Positions 9,799 through 18,990 of a stretch of DNA of 64,000 nucleotides are shown in pieces. Numbering within the stretch: the first letter of the stretch is position 1; each line of letters starts with the position of its first letter. The notes below the pieces were generated by a model that saw only the letters and a program-made list of their open reading frames with translations, did no database searches and was not told where the DNA came from. The DNA comes from a virus. Taxonomy: Duplodnaviria > Heunggongvirae > Uroviricota > Caudoviricetes. Position numbers and translations under genes: made by a program. Where the stretch lies: positions 45,793 to 109,792 of IMG/VR virus record IMGVR_UViG_3300037225_000328. One strand, 5' to 3'.

Positions 9799-10315
9799 TA
9801 TTCAAAACTGCAAATTCTTTATGATATTTAATTGCCGCTTCATTATAAGCTCTTGCTGCATCTTCTTTATCATCAAAATAACCTAGATGAATTCTTTTAT
9901 GTCTATAACAAATTTGACTGTGCCATTTTTTAAGACGCCTATTCCAACTAACACCTTTATAACCAGAAGTATTATCTTTTCTAATTCCTTGATTCATTTG
10001 ACTTTGAGAATTTGTTGAAATACGCAAATTATTTCTTTGATTATTAAGTCCATTTCTATCTACATGATCAACTTTTTTACTCTCAACATCGAGATTCATT
10101 CTTTCTGCAATAACTCGATGCATTTGAATTATAATATAATTTATTTTATTAGAATGTCTGTGTGCGTAGAAAAGTTTATTATAATATTTTTCTGCATACC
10201 ACTTCCATTGCATCAAGAACTCATAATCTTGATCATCAACTAACGCAAACTTGCCTTGTGTCAATTTAATCTTTTTCATAAAGAAGCCCGAATCTCTAAT
10301 ACTTGCCGCAGCCAC
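9791..10315 (-). CDS. HNH-AP2 homing endonuclease-like protein (copy 2)
   Basis: Same HNH and AP2 architecture. About 60 bp at the 5' end are nearly identical to copy 1 (plus 571-625 vs 10201-10262). Overlaps the DNA polymerase start by 8 nt. Confidence 0.7.
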   Translation of the reverse strand: MAAASIRDSGFFMKKIKLTQGKFALVDDQDYEFLMQWKWYAEKYYNKLFYAHRHSNKINYIIIQMHRVIAERMNLDVESKKVDHVDRNGLNNQRNNLRISTNSQSQMNQGIRKDNTSGYKGVSWNRRLKKWHSQICYRHKRIHLGYFDDKEDAARAYNEAAIKYHKEFAVLNNV

Positions 10316-10349
10316 TCGGTCAATATCGTTACACCCTAGCTAAGGAATC

Positions 10350-10748
10350 CTAGTCACCAGTATTAGAGTCTATAGGTTCACGGGCTGAATTCTCCCACAT
10401 TTCGTAGCTATAACCTTTTCCTCGAATACTGGCAGTGTTCACACATCCAGTAGTATAACGTCCGTCCTTCAATTTGAATATCATGTGCAAACCACGTACA
10501 ATCATACCTGCATATAGCGTGCCATCCTGATCAATACTACCGGCAAATTCAATTTGCTGCCGAGAAAATGGTCGTTTCCCCGCTCCACTGGCCCAAAGTT
10601 TATCTCCAATAGCAGTAGTAAACTCGTAGACCTGCGCCGTAGTTTCAATGTAAATAGTTGTTTCAGGTGGAAGCTTGGCAGGCTCAATTATACCTTCGGC
10701 TCGTTTTGCTTCCAAATCAGTTGGAGTTGGATATGTTGTAGGCACCAA
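10350..10748 (-). CDS. hypothetical protein
   Basis: 132-aa ORF. Confidence 0.4.
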   Translation of the reverse strand: MVPTTYPTPTDLEAKRAEGIIEPAKLPPETTIYIETTAQVYEFTTAIGDKLWASGAGKRPFSRQQIEFAGSIDQDGTLYAGMIVRGLHMIFKLKDGRYTTGCVNTASIRGKGYSYEMWENSAREPIDSNTGD

Positions 10749-11571
10749 TAAAATCCTTTACTTCTAAATTTCCTTTGTTGTATTTTATAAACATCTGTTG
10801 TAATTCGGAATCAATTTCATCGTTCGTTATCCCAAGACCGCCGGACCAAATTAACAGTTTTGCTAAAATACCTCCAAATCCATTATTAACAAGAAGTCGT
10901 AATCGTTCTTGAATATCAGCCGATGTTGGTGGTTTATAGGGATTTGTCCGAGTCTTAAACCCTTTGACAGTTCCTTTGTGACTTATGATCCGTTTAAAAA
11001 CATTAGTTCGACATTGAGCCGGGGCCGAATAAATAAGACGGATATCCGTTTGTGTAATTAATCCATTTGATGCGGCTTCTTGTATTGGCTCAGATAATTT
11101 CAAAAGCATGAAACGAATAGCCACCCAATCTCGGTGTTTTTTTATAGATGAGGCAATTCTACTATACGGAGTATTCTCTGGAAACATTCCAGCCAATCCC
11201 CGGGCCTCTTCTAATATGTTTAAATTATCTCTAGCAACATTCTCTAAAAAATTCGCAACTTTGGCATCTTCTTCGGTTAGTCCATATACTATTGTTGCTT
11301 TAATTTTTTCCATTCGCAAGATACGAGTACAGGCGGTAAAACGACGAAAACCTACGATTAACCTATAATCGTAGGTTTCTGGCATCTGAGGAACATCCGA
11401 CCGAGGTTGGACTACTATCGGAATCTGCAATCCTTTAGATTCAATTGACCGTGCTAATTCCTGCACGGATATAAGTGTAATACCCGACCGTGGGTTAAAC
11501 ATTGGTTCTAACCAGACTTTATTAACTGGAATATAATACGCCTCAGAACCAGGGACCACTTCTAAATCCAT
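10717..11571 (-). CDS. ParB/Srx-like nuclease domain protein
   Basis: ParB box II-like YRLIVGFRRFTAC. Confidence 0.5.
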   Translation of the reverse strand: MDLEVVPGSEAYYIPVNKVWLEPMFNPRSGITLISVQELARSIESKGLQIPIVVQPRSDVPQMPETYDYRLIVGFRRFTACTRILRMEKIKATIVYGLTEEDAKVANFLENVARDNLNILEEARGLAGMFPENTPYSRIASSIKKHRDWVAIRFMLLKLSEPIQEAASNGLITQTDIRLIYSAPAQCRTNVFKRIISHKGTVKGFKTRTNPYKPPTSADIQERLRLLVNNGFGGILAKLLIWSGGLGITNDEIDSELQQMFIKYNKGNLEVKDFIGAYNISNSN

Positions 11572-11601
11572 TAGATTTCTCCATGCGACAGATACAAAAA
11601 T

Positions 11602-11739
11602 TTAGCTGCATCCAGGTATGTCTGGCCTAAATTCAGTATCATATGAATCATCTAATAGATCCCCATCAAAACTTTCTTCTTCCTCTATCTCTTCAGGATC
11701 ACTTCCGTCCAGCATAACTAAATGCGGAAATTCATTCAT
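11602..11739 (-). CDS. small highly acidic protein (45 aa from the internal ATG)
   Basis: MNEFPHLVMLDGSDPEEIEEEESFDGDLLDDSYDTEFRPDIPGCS. The ATG at 11737-11739 overlaps the stop of the upstream gene (ATGA). The longer track ORF 11602..11817 is probably an upstream extension artefact. Confidence 0.4.
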   Translation of the reverse strand: MNEFPHLVMLDGSDPEEIEEEESFDGDLLDDSYDTEFRPDIPGCS

Positions 11740-12056
11740 GATGCACCATTTGGCCAAAATAGATGTCCACACAAACCGCCCAATACAAATGGGATAATTG
11801 GGTATGAACAAGCCCAAGTATAAAGCATTACACTAATCGAGGCATCTACCCCTCCGTTATTAATTGCAACAATATCGTACCCCGCCAATAAAGCAATTGT
11901 TGAAATAATCACATAGTATGTAAGATTTTTCCAATTCATAGTTCTACCTTCAACTGTTTTGATACAATGGCTCGCATATCTTTCAAATGTGCTTGGGTTG
12001 CAGCCAATGACCCAGCACTGCCCGCACCTTCTGTGGGACGAAGACCACATTGCCAT
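11736..12056 (-). CDS. membrane protein
   Basis: Two or three hydrophobic helices (YYVIISTIALLAGYDIVAI; IIPFVLGGLCGHLFW). Confidence 0.4.
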   Translation of the reverse strand: MAMWSSSHRRCGQCWVIGCNPSTFERYASHCIKTVEGRTMNWKNLTYYVIISTIALLAGYDIVAINNGGVDASISVMLYTWACSYPIIPFVLGGLCGHLFWPNGAS

Positions 12057-12304
12057 AGCATATCCATAAGATGCTGGGCATTATTACCAACTAAATTAAG
12101 AAGAGTCTTAGGTCGTGTTCCTTCTAAATATTGCTTCCAGATAATATCATCAGCATATAAAATTTCACCCGTGGGTAAATGCTTCCGAACAAGTAACCTT
12201 GTGTCATAATCCCATACGTCTTGAAAGGCTAAAACTTCAGTGTCACTTCGACATAGTTGCGATAATGCAATATCATTTGGCATCATATTGTTTCTCCAGA
12301 TCAT
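11936..12304 (-). CDS. hypothetical protein
   Basis: 122-aa ORF. Confidence 0.35.
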   Translation of the reverse strand: MIWRNNMMPNDIALSQLCRSDTEVLAFQDVWDYDTRLLVRKHLPTGEILYADDIIWKQYLEGTRPKTLLNLVGNNAQHLMDMLWQCGLRPTEGAGSAGSLAATQAHLKDMRAIVSKQLKVEL

Positions 12305-12519
12305 ATAATGTTTCCCCAGGACGTATATTCAAATCCCGCAACCACTAAGCAAAGTGATACTACAATCATCCGATAAAACTTCCGTGTAATAAAAAGGCAT
12401 ACATAAGAATGCCAGCTAAAACTAATGCCCCTAACATTATACCAACACCAACTAAAGCAACCCCTCCAAGAATAAATTTCCACATAATTTATACTCCGAA
12501 GTGAATTTCTCTGTGACAA
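12301..12519 (-). CDS. small Cys/Trp-rich membrane protein
   Basis: 72-aa hydrophobic ORF. Confidence 0.3.
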   Translation of the reverse strand: MSQRNSLRSINYVEIYSWRGCFSWCWYNVRGISFSWHSYVCLFITRKFYRMIVVSLCLVVAGFEYTSWGNII

Positions 12520-12922
12520 TTAGCACAAAGTAAATCACATTTATCAAGTTCTTTTTTTAGTTTTTTCCAATTTCTTCGTCTATTAGCCATTATTTCTTTT
12601 CTTTTTGGATCTCTATGATGAAATTCTAACGCTGCTAAACATTTATTATATCCACACTTTTTACATCCCCCCCCCCCCCGCCTTTGTATTGAATTGACTT
12701 TAATTTAATTTGTAAATAAAGATCATAATTACGGCATGATATACTACAATATAAAGCCCGAATATTTTTGGGTTGAAACCATTTCTTACAAGTTTTACAG
12801 CGTTTCTTTTTGTGTTTTACTTTTAATTTACTATTCCAATTCTTATAACTACATATTCGAGAACAAGTTTTATGATCCTTCCGTTTAGGTTTAAATGTTT
12901 GATGGCACCAAATACATCTCAT
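12489..12922 (-). pseudogene. zinc-ribbon HNH endonuclease interrupted by a G13 homopolymer (frameshifted or phase-variable)
   Basis: The track ORF 12635..12922 encodes a CxxC-rich N-terminus ending in GGGGGDV. The +1 frame after the G13 run (plus C13 at 12667-12679) reads GCKKCGYNKCLAALEFHHRDPKRKEIMANRRRNWKKLKKELDKCDLLCANCHREIHFGV*. This is a canonical HNH motif ending at 12489-12491. Confidence 0.6.
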
Positions 12923-14238
12923 TTAAGAGCCTCAATTTCTTCCATTAAATCAATCTTATAGCGTTGAGGCCCTTCTTTTTCATTCTCAGTTCTCAGTTTC
13001 ACTGGCAGTCTCCAAGTAATTCCATATTTAGGGTGGCAACCATGAAGTAATTGTGTTGGCTCTGAAAAACCAGAAAATGAATTATACGCATATGCATCTG
13101 TAGCAACCCACGTTCCATTTATAAGAAGTTCACCATCTAATTCACTTGTGGTTCCAGGTCTATGAAAATGTCCGCAACAATAATAACGAATACGAGTCCC
13201 GCCTTGAATACCCGATAAGGACATAATACGTTGCTGTTTGCGAGTTAAACCGTACCAGGGAATTCCCAAGGAACTTTTCACATCATCACCGTGAAATATA
13301 CAGAAGCCCACCCCGTTTATGTCAAGATTAATAGTCCATGAATCGGGTATAATAAAATTCACATTGTCAATATCTCGACAATAAAGCCGCGCAGTTTCCG
13401 CAATCAAATAATCCCAATTATCATGTGCGCCGTGATAGTCTTTCTTAATTGACCTGCGCCCATGATTACCTGGTACATAAACAATATTTACAGTTTCAAA
13501 ATAAGGTGATAAATCTCTAAACATTAAGGAATGAAGTTGTCCAATTGCTAAACAATTTTTAAAACAATTTCGGAAATAAGAACGTTCTGTATTTCCATGA
13601 ATCTCCCCACTAGTATGATCACCATATGCCAACACTGTAAGCACTGGAAATCGAAATGTTGGAGCTAAGGTCTGTTGAGTCCACTTCAAAACTGTATTTA
13701 CATACTGTTCGGCTCTTGCCATACTAATTTTAAAATCATGTGTCTCTAGTCCACCACATTCAATAGGACGAACAATCTGGTCATGATGTCCATCCGATAA
13801 ATGCATCACAAGATGTTCTTCAATCCGATCCTTCGGTTGCTCACCAATTTTTATCCACGGGGCTTTTGGTAAAGAGGTTAAAGGCTTGACGATGGTTTCC
13901 ATCTCGTCTACAACAGCCTTAAATAATCCATGTGTTTTTGTTATAGCCTTTAACTGGCGACGGGCTGAATTCCGTTCATCTGTTAAATGAACTACATCAG
14001 CCTCTAGTTCCATTATTTTTTCATTAGTTGGATCAAAAACAGGTAGAGGTTTATGTTGCCCACCTTGATGCTTTCGAGGCAATAAATCATCAGCGTCCCT
14101 ATGAACTCTTCCAGTTGCAATATCTGAAATTAAGGAGCGACTTACCCGAAATTTCTTAGCAATCTGAGGTTGCGTCAAAGTTCCTTCCAGCAACAATTCC
14201 TTAATATCACTTACTTTCTTCTGATTCAGTTTCATCAT
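12919..14238 (-). CDS. calcineurin-like metallophosphoesterase with N-terminal HTH
   Basis: Motifs GDHTSGEIHG, VPGNHG, HGDD, GHFH. N-terminal HTH QPQIAKKFRVSRSLISDIATGRV. Confidence 0.55.
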   Translation of the reverse strand: MMKLNQKKVSDIKELLLEGTLTQPQIAKKFRVSRSLISDIATGRVHRDADDLLPRKHQGGQHKPLPVFDPTNEKIMELEADVVHLTDERNSARRQLKAITKTHGLFKAVVDEMETIVKPLTSLPKAPWIKIGEQPKDRIEEHLVMHLSDGHHDQIVRPIECGGLETHDFKISMARAEQYVNTVLKWTQQTLAPTFRFPVLTVLAYGDHTSGEIHGNTERSYFRNCFKNCLAIGQLHSLMFRDLSPYFETVNIVYVPGNHGRRSIKKDYHGAHDNWDYLIAETARLYCRDIDNVNFIIPDSWTINLDINGVGFCIFHGDDVKSSLGIPWYGLTRKQQRIMSLSGIQGGTRIRYYCCGHFHRPGTTSELDGELLINGTWVATDAYAYNSFSGFSEPTQLLHGCHPKYGITWRLPVKLRTENEKEGPQRYKIDLMEEIEALK

Positions 14239-14431
14239 CGTCTCCTGGGGAATCTTGTGTTGTTAATGCCGGCATAGCACAAATACATATACCAAATGCT
14301 AAACATCCCGCAACGATAAATAGGCGCTCCATTAAAGGTGTCGGTCCATTGATTATATAAATAATCCCGCCACCAATAAGCGAGAGGAACATTAAAATAC
14401 CACAAATAAATGCTATGATACCATCAATCAT
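14207..14431 (-). CDS. small membrane protein
   Basis: Two hydrophobic helices. Confidence 0.35.
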   Translation of the reverse strand: MIDGIIAFICGILMFLSLIGGGIIYIINGPTPLMERLFIVAGCLAFGICICAMPALTTQDSPGDDDETESEESK

Positions 14432-14439
14432 AAATTACC

Positions 14440-15510
14440 TTAATGGGAATCTGTCTTTCTTACAGCTAGATAATCAACTGATACCGCCTTGGCAATCAAT
14501 CGTCCGCCCATAATATCTGAATACTCTTCATGAAGCGGTGTAATTACAATACCTTCTCGACCTTTAAATGAAGAATTAACCTCATTTGAATCAACAACAG
14601 TTGTAGGACCATCAACAAGCTGGTCAACAAGTTCCGGGTAAAATGGTCCCACATATAGAACTGGAACTGTTGGAATACAAAACCGCTTACAAGCCGCTTC
14701 TACCTCTCCCCAGTTAATATAGTTACCATCTACTGCCACATCAAATACTCGATAACCACTCTGACCTTCAACTCCATAATCCATAAACTGAATCTTAGAG
14801 CCGTAGATTTCTCCAAATACAATAACATTTGGCCCATAATTTTCTGCAAAATACCAAAGCATCGCTTTCATGTCTTCTGTCAATGGGAGCCAATAAAGTG
14901 TTCGATTGCTATTGGTGTCAAATTCTTTCTTATTCGTTTTATGAGAACCACAAAAGTAATCACCACCAAGAAGCGCAACACGAGAATTCGTCCCGTGAAT
15001 TTTCTCAGTAACTCTTATAGGAGTCCCCGTCTTAAATGCCCCTTTGAATCGAGCATTTCGATAGTTTTCAATATCAGTATAGCAATGAAACCGTGGATCA
15101 CTCTTAACTTGATCCCCAGTTTTATTCCACCAAAGCGGTTCCTTTGGTTCATATTTTACCCCGTGAAATCGATCTGTTAGATCCGTCCCAGCAGGAATAT
15201 CCTGAAGTCCCAGTACAAACCCAAAAGAAGGAACTCCGCGCAAACGGGCGGCTGCCACTCGGCAGTGAGTCTTCCGGCCATCTCCTGGGTAGATTTCTGA
15301 TTTAAGATATTTATCCACGCCCAATTGAGCAGCTATTTCTTCCGGTATCAAAATATCCGGAGGAAAATATGCAACCACATCACCGGGCTTAAATTCACCC
15401 CGACCCACGATAGTTGTATATTCACCAATTGTTGCAATATCAAGACGATCCGCATTAGGATGTGGTTTTACTGCGTCAATCTGTACCGTTATAATACGAA
15501 CGTCACTCAT
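14440..15510 (-). CDS. RNA ligase, Rnl2-like
   Basis: Motif I EKIHGTN (T4 Rnl2-type lysine nucleotidyltransferase); motif IV REGIVITP. Confidence 0.6.
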   Translation of the reverse strand: MSDVRIITVQIDAVKPHPNADRLDIATIGEYTTIVGRGEFKPGDVVAYFPPDILIPEEIAAQLGVDKYLKSEIYPGDGRKTHCRVAAARLRGVPSFGFVLGLQDIPAGTDLTDRFHGVKYEPKEPLWWNKTGDQVKSDPRFHCYTDIENYRNARFKGAFKTGTPIRVTEKIHGTNSRVALLGGDYFCGSHKTNKKEFDTNSNRTLYWLPLTEDMKAMLWYFAENYGPNVIVFGEIYGSKIQFMDYGVEGQSGYRVFDVAVDGNYINWGEVEAACKRFCIPTVPVLYVGPFYPELVDQLVDGPTTVVDSNEVNSSFKGREGIVITPLHEEYSDIMGGRLIAKAVSVDYLAVRKTDSH

Positions 15511-17147
15511 TTTCTCTCCATTAATTCGTCAATTGCTGTCACAAAATACTTTGGTTCCGGCGCTTCAAACAAAACCGATAAATCTAAACTTTGAACCCGA
15601 GAAGCCATTGTGTCCCGATAAGCACGATCTGTTACCATTTTCATAATCAATTGTTCATATTCTTGTTCTGTTGTGGCAACCAATTCACTCAACCCAACTC
15701 TACGGAGCAAATACGATGCCACTCGATTATACCATTGGTTTCCTTCCCAGGTGATAACCGGAATTCCAAGGAATAAAGCATCTACTACACTATTATACCC
15801 TCCCCACGGGTATGAGTCAAGTGAAAAATGTCCATCTTCCAGATTTTTTAGGTGTTGTTGATACGGCTGATTAGGATAATAAACCGCTTGCCCCTTAAAA
15901 ATATCATCCATATCTCGTAGAAAGGGGTATGCACAATTGTATCTATTAACACCGCAGCCAGGGAAGAAATGATAAATAATAGAGATGGGTGAACAAATTT
16001 GCACATCTCGAAGCAGTTTAAGAGTTGGATAATTGTACTTTGTGACGCCCCAAGGTACATTGACAATAACCGGCTCAGAAGCTTTCTGGGGCCGCGTGGG
16101 CACGCATGGCGGCCTTTCTGGGCGACTACCGCTCCCTGGTGCCAGAATTACTTTTTCATAATAATTCATTTCCAACAAATCTAATCGTTCAGCAGATTGT
16201 CCAGTAATAAAGTAATCAATTTGTGCCCCGAATGTCGAGCCAGGATTTCCATTTCCTGTTACTTGAATTGGCGCAATTCTACAATTTGCTAACATTACGG
16301 ACTCAATTGACATTCCTATATCACAAAAATAAACAAGTTGAAAATCATTTTCATAGATTTGAGACACATCCAGTTGTTTATTTTTATATTCAACACGTTT
16401 TACATTTTTAAACAATCTGGTATCAAGACGATTATCTTCTGGCCCCAAGGCTACTAATGTTACAGTGTACTTCCGGGCTAACTCTTCAATCAAACTATAC
16501 ATCGTCTTATAAACCGCATGGCCTTCTACCCAACGATCTGCGATAAACGCAATATTATCTGCTTTAGGTGTATTAATAAACTCTGGCGCATGTCTTTGAA
16601 AACCAGCATTAATCTGGCCTCTAACAATTGGGGACATTATGGGATCAATGTAACTCCCTAAGAAATAATTAGTCGTTGAACGAGACGTTGGTTGATAACG
16701 AACATCCAAAAATGAAAGATGCCACTTACTATTTTCCCATAACAATTCTGTAGTACGTCCTGCGGCCGGTTGTAAATACATATCATACCAAAGTGATGCT
16801 AATTCGGCATCATAGTCAAAAAATTCTCGGGGATTAATTTGAATTTGATTCCGAACAGTATATAAAATCATTTGCTTTGGATATGTCTTAGGTCTAGTGC
16901 GCAAAATCTCCAGTGTGGAGTCTGTCGTTTTAAATGAAGACATTGCAATCACATTTGCCAAAACATGATTCGCCGTTAAAAGTGCAATCGCTTCATCCCG
17001 AGTCAATAGAAAATTAGGATCTGAAAATGTATGAAGAATATTTTGTGCAAGTGTGTTAATCTTAATTGCCGAGGCGGGAGATATTTTATTATAACCCACT
17101 TGGCAATAATAAAAAAGTTCGTCAAATATCTGTTTAGAGGTCAACAT
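15507..17147 (-). CDS. GT41-family (OGT/SPY/HMW1C-like) glycosyltransferase, paralog 1
   Basis: C-terminal GGYNSVVDALFLGIPVITWEGNQWYNRVASYLLRRVGLSELVATTEQEYEQL matches the OGT catalytic-lobe pattern (G.T..ALW.G.P.VT.PGE..ASRVAAS.L..LGL.ELIA...EYE). No TPRs. Confidence 0.55.
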   Translation of the reverse strand: MLTSKQIFDELFYYCQVGYNKISPASAIKINTLAQNILHTFSDPNFLLTRDEAIALLTANHVLANVIAMSSFKTTDSTLEILRTRPKTYPKQMILYTVRNQIQINPREFFDYDAELASLWYDMYLQPAAGRTTELLWENSKWHLSFLDVRYQPTSRSTTNYFLGSYIDPIMSPIVRGQINAGFQRHAPEFINTPKADNIAFIADRWVEGHAVYKTMYSLIEELARKYTVTLVALGPEDNRLDTRLFKNVKRVEYKNKQLDVSQIYENDFQLVYFCDIGMSIESVMLANCRIAPIQVTGNGNPGSTFGAQIDYFITGQSAERLDLLEMNYYEKVILAPGSGSRPERPPCVPTRPQKASEPVIVNVPWGVTKYNYPTLKLLRDVQICSPISIIYHFFPGCGVNRYNCAYPFLRDMDDIFKGQAVYYPNQPYQQHLKNLEDGHFSLDSYPWGGYNSVVDALFLGIPVITWEGNQWYNRVASYLLRRVGLSELVATTEQEYEQLIMKMVTDRAYRDTMASRVQSLDLSVLFEAPEPKYFVTAIDELMERK

Positions 17148-18990
17148 AAAATGGACCTTTATCTCGGGACTTTTGAATTAGGTTATGATTTTCTAAAATA
17201 AAATCAAAGGCTTTAACGAACCACTGAGGTTCATCATTATCACAAAGAAGCGATTTTAACCGATCTACACTAGCAACCTGCGAGCGCGCTTCTTCTAATT
17301 TTTCAGATTTAGTTAATAACTCAACTGCTTTGTCAACATATTCTTCTTGACTCTTACAAACTAAATTGCTAAGTCCTACTCTCCGTAATAAAGCCGAGGA
17401 AGCACGATTATAAAATCGGGTCCCTTCAATTGCCAGGGCCGGGCACCCAACAAAGAAACTATCTACAATAGTATTGTAACCACCAAAGGGCCAGGAGTCC
17501 AATGCAATTGTCCCTTTTTCAAGTTCAATCAAATAGTCTTCATATGGTAACTCAGGTAATAAGACAAACTCATCACCAAACATCTGAGTTAAATCACGGA
17601 TACAAGGTATCATTGAATTATACCGCCCGATAGTCCACGCAGGGAAAAGACGTACCATTGAATTTGGCACTCGGTCTAAAATTTTACGAAGATTACAAAG
17701 CATTGTATAATTTATTTTTGGACTTGTCCATGCACAATTAATAATAGGTCTCTCAAACGATGGATTTCTTCGAGTATAATTAGGAAATACAGGGTGGGCT
17801 CCCAATCCTGGAACAAGAACTAATCTCTCACTATAATTTTCAAGAGCCTTTTCAGCTACTTCTGTTTCTTGTCCACCAATATAATAGTCACACAGCGAAC
17901 CAAATGTACTCGACGGATGCCCGTAACCTGTTACCATAATTGGAGCTAAGCGAAGATTGGCTAAAATTACAGATTCATTTGACATGCCCACATCGGGGAT
18001 ATAGGCTAAATGACAATCCAGTTTTTGAAAAATAGACAAATCCAAATTACCTTTTGAAATATCTCCGGTGCAAATTACATCTTTAAATTGAGTTTTTGCA
18101 AGCGATTCACTATCAACTCCCAAATGAACCAGTGTTAAATCATATTTCTTTCCTAAAGCTTCTAATTGGTGCGCACTACTCTTATAGACCGCACTGGTAG
18201 GATACCAGCGCCCTGTAATAACTGCGATTTTTTTCTTTGATGTTTTTACTGGGGTTTTAAAATATGGGACTCTATTCCGAATTTGTTGATTCAAAACTGT
18301 TTTTATTTCTCGATCTTTTTGAGGAATAGCATACGTACAATCAAAATACGCGGGTGATGTCAATAAAAGAACCATGTTAAATTTATCAGGAATTTTAGAG
18401 TAGTGCCTAGAAATATTATCTGCTAGTAATTTTGTAGGCGAGCCACAACTAGATGCTGAGTATGTAATCCACCACAATGTTGCTAATTTAGAATTCAAAT
18501 CAAAAAATACATCCTGATTAAACATTGGCTGATTTCGGCATGAATACATTACCAAAATCTTAGCAAAATTTCCTGTTTGATGCATGATATGACGCAATAA
18601 TGAATCCGTAGTTTCATAAGAGGAAACAGCAATCAAATTTGCCATCAAATGATTCATTGTTATTAACGTAGGAATATGATTCTCTGGAATATTAAATTCA
18701 GATTGCGAAAAAATAAATAAAATAGCTGCAACAGTATCATCCAATATAGACTGGTCTACTGACCCTATACTTGTATAGCATGAAGACTCAAAATCATGCA
18801 ACATATCAATAATTCGTTTGCAAACTTCGTCAAAATTATTCTGAGAATAAAGTTGCATTAACTCTTTTCCAGTAACATGGTGGTCAAATAATTTCATTGA
18901 ACCCTCTGAATTGTTTGTTGTCTTAAAGTAAACACTGGGCAAGTAATTCCTCTGGCAGTCAATTCTAAACAAATATCCTGAGTACGCCAA
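17134..18990 (-). CDS. GT41-family glycosyltransferase, paralog 2
   Basis: Paralogous to 15507..17147 throughout (MANLIAVSSYETTDS; GGYNTIVDSFFVGCPALAIEGTRFYNRASSALLRRVGLSNLVCKSQEEY). The true start is probably the ATG at 18897, just after the methyltransferase stop. Confidence 0.55.
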   Translation of the reverse strand: MAYSGYLFRIDCQRNYLPSVYFKTTNNSEGSMKLFDHHVTGKELMQLYSQNNFDEVCKRIIDMLHDFESSCYTSIGSVDQSILDDTVAAILFIFSQSEFNIPENHIPTLITMNHLMANLIAVSSYETTDSLLRHIMHQTGNFAKILVMYSCRNQPMFNQDVFFDLNSKLATLWWITYSASSCGSPTKLLADNISRHYSKIPDKFNMVLLLTSPAYFDCTYAIPQKDREIKTVLNQQIRNRVPYFKTPVKTSKKKIAVITGRWYPTSAVYKSSAHQLEALGKKYDLTLVHLGVDSESLAKTQFKDVICTGDISKGNLDLSIFQKLDCHLAYIPDVGMSNESVILANLRLAPIMVTGYGHPSSTFGSLCDYYIGGQETEVAEKALENYSERLVLVPGLGAHPVFPNYTRRNPSFERPIINCAWTSPKINYTMLCNLRKILDRVPNSMVRLFPAWTIGRYNSMIPCIRDLTQMFGDEFVLLPELPYEDYLIELEKGTIALDSWPFGGYNTIVDSFFVGCPALAIEGTRFYNRASSALLRRVGLSNLVCKSQEEYVDKAVELLTKSEKLEEARSQVASVDRLKSLLCDNDEPQWFVKAFDFILENHNLIQKSRDKGPFYVDL

